The notes under the pieces were generated by a model, which saw only the letters and a program-made list of their open reading frames with translations, made no database searches and was not told the DNA's origin. Below are positions 23,519 through 33,447 of a DNA stretch of 33,447 nucleotides, piece by piece. A program made the translations under genes and the position numbers. Numbering within the stretch: the stretch's first letter is position 1; every line of letters starts with the position of its first letter. This DNA is from Zygnema circumcarinatum SAG 698-1b (Eukaryota > Plantae > Zygnematophyceae). Location of the stretch: positions 1-33,447 of the forward strand of contig JBBHKD010000022.1 in NCBI GenBank assembly GCA_037447605.1, read 5' to 3'.

Positions 23519-24294
23519 CGTGTACAGACATCAGTGCTCCACCCTTTGCTGGTTTTTTCTGTTTTCTTTTCTCCTTTCGAGGGAAGACATCGGACGCCTC
23601 CTTTCGGCAATGGTTGTTTAGGACCGGCGGCAATGGTTGGAACCAGTGGCAATGGTTGTTTCGGTCCGTCGCAATGGTTCGTACCAGAACGCAATGGTTG
23701 CAACCATTGGCAATCGTATTCAATGTTGCCAACCATTGCCGCCGGCCCTAAAACAACGATCGCCAATGGTTGGCAACCTTGGAATTGAAGGGCCGGCGGC
23801 AATGGTTGCCAATCGAAAAACCATTGCCAAATGGTGGCAACCGTACCGCAGGCAATGGTATGGTTGCAACCATTGGCAATCGTTGTTTGTTTTTGTCCCG
23901 TCGCAATGGTTGGCGACCTTGGAATGCAGTGTTTGCAACGATGGCCATGGTTTTAAAAGTTTCCAACCACTGCCGCCAGCACTAAACAAATATTGCCAAT
24001 GGTTGGCAATCTTTGAACGCAGAGGCCAACGGGCAGCAATGAGTTGGCAACATTGAAAACCAACCATTGCGATGAGTGATCCATAGCAATGGTTGTGTAG
24101 ACCAGCAAGGATGGTTCCAACCATTTGGCAATAGCTGTGTCGGACCGGCCTGCCGAGAGACACGCATTCCGCGAAGGCGTCACCTTGTGACGTCAGCCAA
24201 GAACAGGTCAAGAACAATGTCCAACATGATTGGTCACACCATCGATGTTGATGTTTGACCATTTCCAAAAATGGAAGAAAAGAGTAAAAAAGGT

Positions 24295-24407
24295 GTGGGT
24301 GCGGCACAGAAACTACAAACAGCCATCATCTGCTTGTCCAGCCCTTCAGCAGCTTGGCTGTGAGTTCTGATCGGATCCAGCAATCATCACCTGGTGTGAT
24401 CGCGCCA
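24295..24407 (-). pseudogene. 5S copy 28, heavily degenerate
   Basis: Termini and GAGTTCTGAT recognisable. Confidence 0.6.
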
Positions 24408-25155
24408 CGTGTACGGACGTGCAAGTGTCACCGTTTGCTGGTTTTTTCTGTTTTCTTTTCTCCTTTCGAGGGAAGACATCGGACGCCTCCTTTCGGCAAT
24501 GGTTGTTTAGGACCGGCGGCAATGGTTGGAACCAGTGGCAATGGTTGTTTCGGTCCCGTCGCAATGGTTGGCAACCTCGGAATTCAATGGTTGCAACCAT
24601 TGGCAATGGGTTTCCATGTTGCCAACCATTGCCGCCGGCCCTAAACAACGATCGCCAATGGTTGGCAACCTTGGAATTGAAGGGCCAACAATGATGCCGG
24701 TGGAAGCCGCTCAATGGTGGCAACCGTACAAGCAATGGTATGGTTGCAACCATTAGCAATACGTTGTTTGTTTTTATCCCGTGGCAATGTTGGCAACCTG
24801 GAATGCAGTGGTTGCAAATGGGCCACGGTTTTCAACGTTACCAACCATTGCCGCCAGCCTAAACAACTGCGATATTGGCAACTGGAATGCAAAAGGCCAA
24901 GGGGGCAGCAATGGTTGGCGACATTGAAAACCAACCATCTCCCGATGAGTTGCAACCGTAGGCAATGATGTGTGGAGCAGACGCGCGATGGTTACAACAT
25001 TTGGCGATGCCTGTCGACCGAGCTGCAAGAGAACAAGCAGTCCCGCCAAGGCGCACTTATGAGTTCAGCAAGATAATCAAGACAATGTTGCCGACGTGAT
25101 CGCCACCATCAATGTTAAACTTTAGCCACTCAAAATGAAAGAAAGATAAAGAGAT

Positions 25156-25264
25156 ATGGGTGCGACACCGAACTTCCCGGAAAGTCACCCATCGTATCCG
25201 CCCAGGCGCTTCAGCTGCGAACTATGATGAGATCCAGCAGTCGTACCTCGGTATGATCGCACCA
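25156..25264 (-). pseudogene. 5S copy 29, degenerate (about 109 nt)
   Basis: Termini near consensus; internal deletions. Confidence 0.62.
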
Positions 25265-26041
25265 CGTGTACGGACGTGCAAGTGTCAGGCTTTGGTGGTT
25301 TTTTCTGTTTTCTTTTCTCCTTTCGAGGGAAGACATCGGACGCCTCCTTTCGGCAATGGTTGTTTAGGACCGGCGGCAATGGTTGGAACCAGTGGCAATG
25401 GTTGTTCTACGCAGTCCGTCGCAATGGTTGCGCAACCTAGAATTGATGGTTACAACATTGGCAATGGCTTCCATGTTGCCAACCATTGCCGCCGGCTCAA
25501 ACAACGATCGCCAATGGTTGGCAACCTTTGGAATTGAAGGGCAAGCCGAGTGGTTTGCCAATCGAAAAACCATTGACTATGGTGGCATCCGTACCGCATG
25601 CAATTGTATGGTTGCTACCATTGGCAATCGTTGTTTGTTTTTGTCCCGTAGCAATGGTTGGCGTCCTTGGAATGCAGTGGTTGCAATGATAGGCCAGGTT
25701 TTCCAACGTTGCCAACCCATCCCGCCAGCCCTGGGCAACTATTCCAATGGTTCGCACTTAAAATTGAGAAGACCGGCGGGCGGCAATGGTTGGCAACGTT
25801 GAAAACCAACGTTCCAATGGTGCCAACGCATCAGCGATTGGTTATGTCCGTTGAGGGAAGGCAATGGTTCCAACCATTTGGCAATTGCTGTTCAACAAGA
25901 CTGCGGGCCGACAGTCCGCCAAGGCGTCACCTTGTGACGTCAGCCAAGAACAGGTCAAAAACAATGTCCAACATGATTGGTCACACCATCGATGTTGATG
26001 TTTGACCATTTCCAAAAATGAAAGAAAAGAGTAAAAAGGAT

Positions 26042-26152
26042 GTGGGTGCGACACCGGAGCTTCTAAAGATTCACGTCACTGTTTGTTCCGGCCCACAGGC
26101 GCTTAGCTGCGGAATTCTGATGGGATCCGGCGTAGTAGCCTAGGATGCACCA
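26042..26152 (-). pseudogene. 5S copy 30, degenerate 3' half, 5' deletion
   Basis: Middle near consensus; 111 nt. Confidence 0.68.
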
Positions 26153-26917
26153 CGTGTACGAGCGTCCGAGTGTCGGCTCTTGTTCGTTCGTTTCTGTTTT
26201 CTTTTCTCCTTTCGAGGGAAGACATCGGACGCCTCCTTTCGGCAATGGTTGTTTGGGACCGGCGGCAATGGTTGGAACCAGTGGCAATGGTTGTTTCGGT
26301 CCCGTCGCAATGGTGGGCAACCTTGGAATTCAATGGTTGCAACCATTGGCAAAGGGTTTCAATGTTGCCAACCATTGCCGCCGCCCCTAAACAACGAACG
26401 CCAATGTTTGGCAACCTAGGAATTGAAGGGCCGGCGGCAATGGTTGCCAATCGAAAAACCATTGCCAATGGTGGCAACCTTACCGAAGGCAATGGTATGG
26501 TTGCAACCATGGCAATCGTTGTTTGTTTTCTCCGTCTCCTTGGAATGCAGTCAAGCTTCAATTGATGGGCCACGGTTTTAGACGTCAACCACTACCAGCC
26601 TTGAACAACTATTGCCAATGGTTGGCAATCTTGGAATTCAAGGGCCGGCGGGCGGCAATGGTTGGCAACATTGAAAACCAACCATTGCCAATGGTGATTC
26701 CGTAGGCAATGGTTGTGTCATTCCAAGCGGCGATGGTTCCAACAATTTGGCGATTCTGCTGTTCAAGAGCCAGCTTGAGGAAGTAAGCAGTCCGCCAAGG
26801 CGTCACCTTGTGACGTCAACCAAGAACAGGTCAAGAACAATGTCCAACATGATTGGTCACACCATCAATGTTGATGTTTGACCATTTCCAAAAATGAAAG
26901 AAAAGAGTAAAAAAGGT

Positions 26918-27037
26918 GTGGGTGCGACACCGGGACTTCCCGGGAGGTCACCCATCCCAGTACTATTCCGGCCCACAGGCGCTTAGCTGCGGAGTTCTGA
27001 TGGGATCCGGCGTAGTAGCCTAGGTATGATCGCACCA
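26918..27037 (-). rRNA. 5S rRNA gene, copy 31 (consensus)
   Basis: 120 nt, identical to copy 16 by eye. Confidence 0.96.
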
Positions 27038-27778
27038 CGTGTACGGACGTGCAAGTGTCACCCTTTGGTGGTTTTTTCTGTTTCTTTTCTCCTTTCGAGG
27101 GAAGACATCGGACGCCTCCTTTCGGCAATGGTTGTTTAGGACCGGCGGCAATGGTTGGAACCAGTGGCAATGGTTGTTTCAATACCGTCGCGATGGTTGG
27201 CGACCTCAGAACGCAATGGTTGCAACCATTGGCAATCGGTTTTCATATTGCCGACCGTTCTCAATCGCAATGAGTTCGCAACACTTGAAACGCTGAAGGG
27301 CCAGGCAATATTGCGGTGAAAAACCATTGCCGATGGTGACCGTAACACCTACGCGATCGGTATGGTTGCGACCATTGGCAATCCGTGCTTGCTTACCCGT
27401 CGCAATGGTTGGCAACCTTGGAATGTGGTGGTTGCGATGATGGGCCACAGTTTTCAACGTTGCCAACCATACCGCCAGCTCCTAAACAACTGTATCCCAA
27501 TGACTCGCACTCTTGGAATTAAGAGGCCAACAATGGTTGGCGACGTTGAAAACCAACCATTGCGATGGCATGGCGCAGGCGATCGGCAGTTTATGTGGAG
27601 TCCGCGTTCCAACCATTTGGCAATTGCTGCTCAAGCAGACTGCCAAGGAGCAGCAGCCCCGCCAAGGCACCAGCTATAACGTCGCCCAAGAACAGGTCAA
27701 GACAATCTCAACATGATTGGTCACACCATCAATGCTGATGTTTGACCATTTCCAAAAATGAAAGAGAGAGATAAAAAG

Positions 27779-27887
27779 TATAAGTCAAGCACCAGGACAC
27801 CTGGAACAGTACATCCAGTGTCTTCACAGGCACTCCTTGGCTGCAAACTCTGATAGGAGTTCAATGACACCTGATATGATCCCACCA
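27779..27887 (-). pseudogene. 5S copy 32, very heavily degenerate
   Basis: Expected position in the period; fragments CACCAGGAC, CACAGGC, CTCTGAT, ATATGATC. Confidence 0.5.
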
Positions 27888-28641
27888 CATATACCAACAT
27901 CCAAGTCTCAGCCTGCTCCGTTTTCTGTTTTCTTTCTCTTTTCCAGGAAGACATTGGACACCTCTTCAGCAATGGTGTTTCAAGCGCGGCAATGATTTCA
28001 ACCCGACAGGCGATGGTTGTTACGATACCCATCGCGATGCGGTAAAAGCCTTGAATTCAATGGTTGCAACCGTTGGCAATGACTTTGGTACTGCCGGGCC
28101 ATTTCACCAGCCCTAAACAACGATCGCCAATGGTTTGGCAACCTTGGAATCGGAAAGGCGGCGGCAATGGTTGCCATCGAGAAAGCGTTCGGTGGTGGCA
28201 ACCATCCAACGACAATGGTATGGTTGCGACCATTGGCAATCGTTGTTTGCTTTATCCGTCGCAATGGTTGGCGACCTTGGAATGCAGTGGTTGCAATGAT
28301 CGGCGGGGTTTCAACGTTTCCAACCATTGCCGCAGCCCTGAACAACTATTGCCAATGGTTGGCGTCTTGAATTAAAGAGCGACAAACGGCGGCAATGATT
28401 GGCAACATTGAAAACCAACCATTACCAATGAGTCCAGTCATTCAGCAATGGTATGCTCAACTTCAGGAAGCAAATGGTTCCAACCATTTGGCGATTATGC
28501 TGTTGCAAACCAACTTCAAAAAACAGCACTCACCAAGGCGTCACCTTATGACGTCAATAGAACAGGTAGAACAATCTCCAACATGATTGGTAACACCATA
28601 CAATGTGATGCTTAACGCGGAATGGAAGAGAAATAAAGGGT

Positions 28642-28758
28642 ATGGGTGCGACGCCGGGACTTCCCGGAATGCTCGTCCCAGTACTGTTCCGGCCCACAGG
28701 CGCTTAGCTGCGGAGTTCTGATGGGATCCGGCGTAGTAGCCTAGGTATGATCGCACCA
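28642..28758 (-). pseudogene. 5S copy 33, box C region damaged
   Basis: 5' about 70 nt match consensus; indels at about 28665-28678. Confidence 0.7.
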
Positions 28759-29525
28759 CGTGTACGAGCGTGCGAGTGTCACCCTTTGGTGGTTTTTTCT
28801 GTTTTCTTTTCTCCTTTCGAGGGAAGACATCGGACGCCTCCTTTCGGCAATGGTTGTTTAGGACCGGCGGCAATGGTTGGAACCAGTGGCAATGGTTGTT
28901 TCGGTCCCGTCGCAATGGTTGGCAACCTCGGAATTCAATGGTTGCAACCATTGGCACTGGGTTTCCATGTTGCCAACCATTGCCGCGGCCCTAAACAACG
29001 ATCGCCAATGGTTGGCAACCTTGGACTTGAAGGGCCGGCGGCAATGGTTGCCAATCGAAAAACCATTGCCAATGGTGGCAACCGTACCGCAGGCAATGGT
29101 ATGGTTGCAACCATTGGCAATCGTTGTTTGTTTTTGTCCCGTCGCATTGGGTGGCGACCTTGTAATGCAGTGGTTGCAACGATGGGACTTGGTTTTAAAC
29201 GTTGCCAACCACTGCCGCCAGCCCTAAACAACTATTGCCAATGGTTGGCGATCTTGGAATTCGAGAAGCGGCGGCAATGGTGGCGATAACTGGAAGCCGA
29301 CCATCCGTGCAACAGTAACAATGGTTGTTGTTCGTTACGGGCGGCGATGGTTCCAACCATTTGGCAATTGCTGTTCAACCAAGCTGCCAAGAGACAAGCA
29401 GTCCGCCAAGCGTCACGCCTATGACATCAGCAAGATCTGACGGGTGATTCTCCAACATGATTGGTCACACCATCGATGTTGATGTTTGACCATTTCCAAA
29501 AATGGAAGAAAAGAGTAAAAAAGAT

Positions 29526-29647
29526 GTGGGTGCGACACCGGGACTTCCCGGGAGGTCACCCATCCCAGTACTATTCCGGCCCACTGGCGCTTAGCTGCGA
29601 GGTTCTTGATGGATCTCAGCAGTAGTCGCCTTAGTATGATGGCACCA
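29526..29647 (-). pseudogene. 5S copy 34, 5' part diverged, T61A variant
   Basis: 3' about 70 nt match consensus apart from T61A. Confidence 0.7.
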
Positions 29648-30419
29648 TTCGTATACCGACGTGCAAGTGTCACGCTTTGGTGGTTTTTTCTGTTTTCTTT
29701 TCTCCTTTCGAAGGAAGACATCGGAACCCTCCTATATGCAATGGTTGTTTAGGACCGGCGGCAATGGTTGGAACCAGTGGCAATGGTTGTATCGGTCCCG
29801 TCGCAATGGTTGGCAACCTCGGAATTCAATGGTTGCAACCATTGGCAATGGGTTTCCATGTTGCCAACCATTGCCGCAGGCCCAAAACAACGATCTCCAA
29901 TGGTTGGCAACCTTTGGAATTGAAGGGCGGCAAGCAATGGGTGCCAATCGAAGCCATTCAATTGCATGGCAAGGTACAAGCAATGGTATGGTGCAACCAT
30001 TGGCAAATTGATTAGTTTGTTTTATTACCCGTCGCAATGGTTGGCGACCTTGGAATGCGGTGGTTGGCAATGATGGGCCACAGTTTCAACGTTGCCAACC
30101 ATTGCCGCCAGCCCTAAACGACTATCCAATGGTTGGCAATCCTCAATGAAGCAGGCAAGGGCAGCAATGGTCGCAGCATGAAAACAGACCATGCCAATGA
30201 GTTGCCAACCATAGCAATGGTGCGGCCAACGGCAATGGTTCCAACCATTTGCCCAGCATTCCTGTTCGGAGACCCACTTCGGGAAAACGGCAGACCCAGC
30301 AACGTCACCTTGTGACGTCAGCCAAGAACAGGTCAAAAACAATGTCCAACATGATTGGTCACACCATCGATGTTGATGTTTGACCATTTCCAAAAATGAA
30401 AGAAAAGAGTAAAAAAGAT

Positions 30420-30539
30420 GTGGGTGCGACACCGGGACTTCCCGGGAGGTCACCCATCCCAGTACTATTCCGGCCCACAGGCGCTTAGCTGCGGAGTTCT
30501 GATGGGACCGGGCGAAGTAGCCTAGGTATGTTCGCCCCA
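30420..30539 (-). rRNA. 5S copy 35, substitutions in 5' part
   Basis: 120 nt; 3' about 85 nt match consensus. Confidence 0.78.
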
Positions 30540-31310
30540 GGTGTAAGGACGTGCAAGTTTCAGCCCTTGTTCGTTTTTTCGTTTTTCTTTTCTCCTTTCC
30601 AGGACGACATCGGACGCCTCCTTTCGGCAATGGTTGTTTAGGGACAGCAGCAATGGTGAACCAACAGCGATGATTGTTTAGGTCCATGGCGATGGTTGGC
30701 AACCTCGGAATTCGATGGTGGTTCATTGGCAATGAGTTTCCATGTTGCCAACCATACCAACCAGCCCTAAACAACGATCGCAATGATTGGCAACCTTGGA
30801 ATTGAAGGGCCAACGGCAATGGTTGCCAATCGAAGACCAGTTCCAATGATTAGCAACCGTACAAGCAATGGTATGGTCAACCAAGTTTAGCAATCATTAT
30901 TTGTTTTTGTCAGGATACAGCAATGGTTGACAACCTTGGAATGCAGGTGGAGTTACAATGATGGGCCACGGTTTTCAACGTTGCCAACCATTGCCGCCAG
31001 CCCTAAACAACTATTGCCAATGGTTGGCAATCTTGGAATGAGAGGCAGCGGCAATGATCGGTAAGTTTGAAAACCAACATTTGCCAATGGTTTGCAAACC
31101 ATAGCAATCAATGTGTCGGTCCGACAGCGATGGTTCCAACCATTTGGCAATTGCTGTTTCGGACCGGCTTGCCGAGAGACAAGCAGAGTCCGCCAAGGCG
31201 TCACCTTGTGACGTCAACCAAGAACAGGTTAAGAACAATGTCCAACATGATTGGTCACACCATCAATGTTGATGTTTGACGCTCCAAAGTGAAAGAAGAT
31301 GGCGAAGGGT

Positions 31311-31424
31311 ATGATCCGGCGCCGGGACTTCCACGGGAGGTCACCCGTCCCATCTGCCCAGCAGCACTTAGCTGCAAAGCTCTGATGGCAGGATGGGCAT
31401 AGTAGCCTCAGTATGATCACACCA
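31311..31424 (-). pseudogene. 5S copy 36, degenerate
   Basis: CCGGGACTTCC, GGAGGTCACCC and TAGTAGCCT retained. Confidence 0.63.
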
Positions 31425-32216
31425 CGTGTCCAGACGTGCAGTGTCAGCCCTTGTCGGTTTTCTGTTTTCTTTTATTCTTTAAGGGAGGCATCAGACACCT
31501 CCTTTCGGCAATGGTTGTTTGGGACCAGCGGCAATGGTTGGAACCAGTGGCAATGGTTGTTTCAACCCATCGCAATGGTTGGCAACCTCAAAACGCAATG
31601 AGTTGCAACCATTGGCAATGGGCTTAGTGTTACCAATACCATTGCCGCCAGCCCTAAACAACGATCGCCAATGGTTGGCAACCTAGGAATTGAAGGGCCG
31701 GCGGCAATGGTTGCCAATCGAAAAACCATTGCCAATGGTGGCAACCGTACCGCAGGCAATGGTATGGTTGCAACCATTGGCAACCGTTGTTTGTTTTTGT
31801 TCCGTCGCACTGGTTGGCCAACTTGGAATGCCGTGGTTTCAATGATGGGCCACGGTTTTCAACGTTGCCAACCATTGCCGCCAGCCCTAAACAACTATTG
31901 CCAATGGTTGGCAATCTTGGAATTCAAGGGCCGGCGGGCGGCAATGGTTGGCAACATTGAAAACCAACCATTGGCAACGTAGGAATTGGTTGGTTCGTTC
32001 CGTTGGCAATGGTTGTGTAACCAGCAAAGGCAATGGTTCCAACCATTTGGCAATTGCTGTTTCGGACCGGCTTGCCGAGAGACAAGCAGTCCGCCAAGGC
32101 GTCACCTTGTGACGTCAACCAAGAACAGGTCAAGAACAATGTCCAACATGATTGGTCACACCATCAATGTTGATGTTTGACCATTTCCAAAAATGAAAGA
32201 AAAGAGTAAAAAAGGT

Positions 32217-32336
32217 GTGGGTGCGACACCGGGACTTCCCGGGAGGTCACCCATCCCAGTACTATTCCGGCCCACAGGCGCTTAGCTGCGGAGTTCTGAT
32301 GGGATCCGGCGTAGTAGCCTAGGTATGATCGCACCA
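32217..32336 (-). rRNA. 5S rRNA gene, copy 37 (consensus)
   Basis: 120 nt, identical to copies 16 and 31 by eye. Confidence 0.96.
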
Positions 32337-33081
32337 CGTGTACGGACGTGCAAGTGTCACCCTTTGCTGGTTTTTTCTGTTTTCTTTTCTCCTTTCGAGG
32401 GAAGACATCGGACGCCTCCTTTCGGCAATGGTTGTTTAGGACCGGCGGCAATGGTTGGAACCAGTGGCAATGGTTGTTTCGGTCCCGTCGCAATGGTTGG
32501 CAACCTCGGAATTCAATGGTTGCAACCATTGGCAATGGGTTTCCATGTTGCCAACCATTGCCGCCGGCCCTAAACAACGATCGCCAATGGTTGGCAACCT
32601 TGGAATTGAAGGGCCGGCGGGAGGCCAAGCTTGGCCCCATAGAAAACCATTGCCAATGGTGACGACTGGCGCGCGCAATGGTATGGTTGCAACCATGCGG
32701 CAATCCGTATTTGTTTTATCCCGTCGCGATGGTTGGCGACCTTGGAATGCAGTGGTTGCAATGATGGGCCACGGTTTCGCAATTGCGCCATCCGCAGCCT
32801 GACGGTATCCGATGATCGCGATCGAATGTGAAGAGCGGCGATGATGACGTGAAAGTCAACATACCGATGGCGCTACAACCGTAGCGATCACGGTTGTGTT
32901 CAACGGGCGATGGTTCCAACCATTTGGCAATTATATTTCAACCAGCTTGCAAGAGCAGCGTCGCCAAGGCGTCACTATAACGTCAGCCAAGAACAGGTAG
33001 GACGATATTTCCAACATGATTGGTCACACCATCGAATGTGATGTTTGACCGTTTAAAATGGAAGAAAGAGGTGAAAAAGGT

Positions 33082-33198
33082 GTGATGCAACGCGGAACTC
33101 AGGAGGCTCACCATCCCAGTCTTGTTCCCGCCCACACACGCGCTGCCAGGAACTTGGATGGGGAATCCGGCGTCATCACCTAGTATAAATACGCGCCA
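33082..33198 (-). pseudogene. 5S copy 38, degenerate
   Basis: Fragments of consensus throughout; clean spacer follows at about 33200-33350. Confidence 0.62.
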
Positions 33199-33447
33199 CG
33201 TGTACGGACGTGCAAGTGTCACAGTTTGCTGGTTTTTTCTGTTTTCTTTTCTCCTTTCGAGGGAAGACATCGGACGCCTCCTTTCGGCAATGGTTGTTTA
33301 GGACCGGCGGCAATGGTTGGAACCAGTGGCAATGGTTGTTTCGGTCCCGTCGCTTTGGTTGGCAACCTCGGTATTCAATGTTTGCAACGTTTGGCATTGG
33401 TTTTCCATGTTGCAAACCATTGCCGCCGGCCTTCAGACAGTCGATCG

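Larger units (their letters stand above)
1..33447 (-). repeat. 5S rDNA tandem array, 38 units of about 880 bp (5S gene plus palindromic modular spacer); both window ends fall inside spacers
   Basis: The same order (A-rich tract, reverse-complement 5S, T-rich tract, GGCAATGGTTG-rich region, TGACGTCA segment) recurs 38 times; (33082-456)/37 is about 882 bp. Confidence 0.98.

Noticed and set aside
456-33198. Regular higher-order repeat (e.g. 15- or 16-unit period)
   Set aside because: Some pairs match (14/30, 3/19, 16/31, 6/21), but the offsets are inconsistent and other units at those offsets carry different alleles. Not supportable by eye.
1-33447. Hundreds of ORFs of 60-330 aa in all six frames
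   Set aside because: They are translations of the repeated motif and 5S sequence (MVATIGN/QWLQPL/NHCQW-type repeats), overlap in all frames, are broken differently in each unit and resemble no protein family I recognise.

Overview
The whole window is one eukaryotic 5S rDNA tandem array: 38 head-to-tail units of about 880 bp (5S 3' ends from 456 to 33082, mean period about 882 bp), with all 5S genes on the minus strand. The consensus 5S has intact helices, Pol III internal boxes and an oligo-T terminator. From memory it resembles non-seed land plant (bryophyte/fern-type) 5S rRNA more than angiosperm 5S. The spacer is unusual. About 560 bp of each unit is built from an 11-bp motif (GGCAATGGTTG) in both orientations, arranged as roughly 2.3 copies of a 230-257 bp sub-repeat, with a 120-bp imperfect foldback, perfect 14- and 18-bp palindromes and several short hairpins. 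Units are a mosaic of near-perfect and heavily diverged patches and include Ns, so much of the degeneracy may be sequencing or assembly error. Several clean, recurring variants still suggest real unit subfamilies. There is no credible protein-coding gene, CRISPR array or autonomous mobile element, and I see no evidence for a new multi-gene system. The spacer architecture is the main novelty candidate. All counts and alignments were done by eye.
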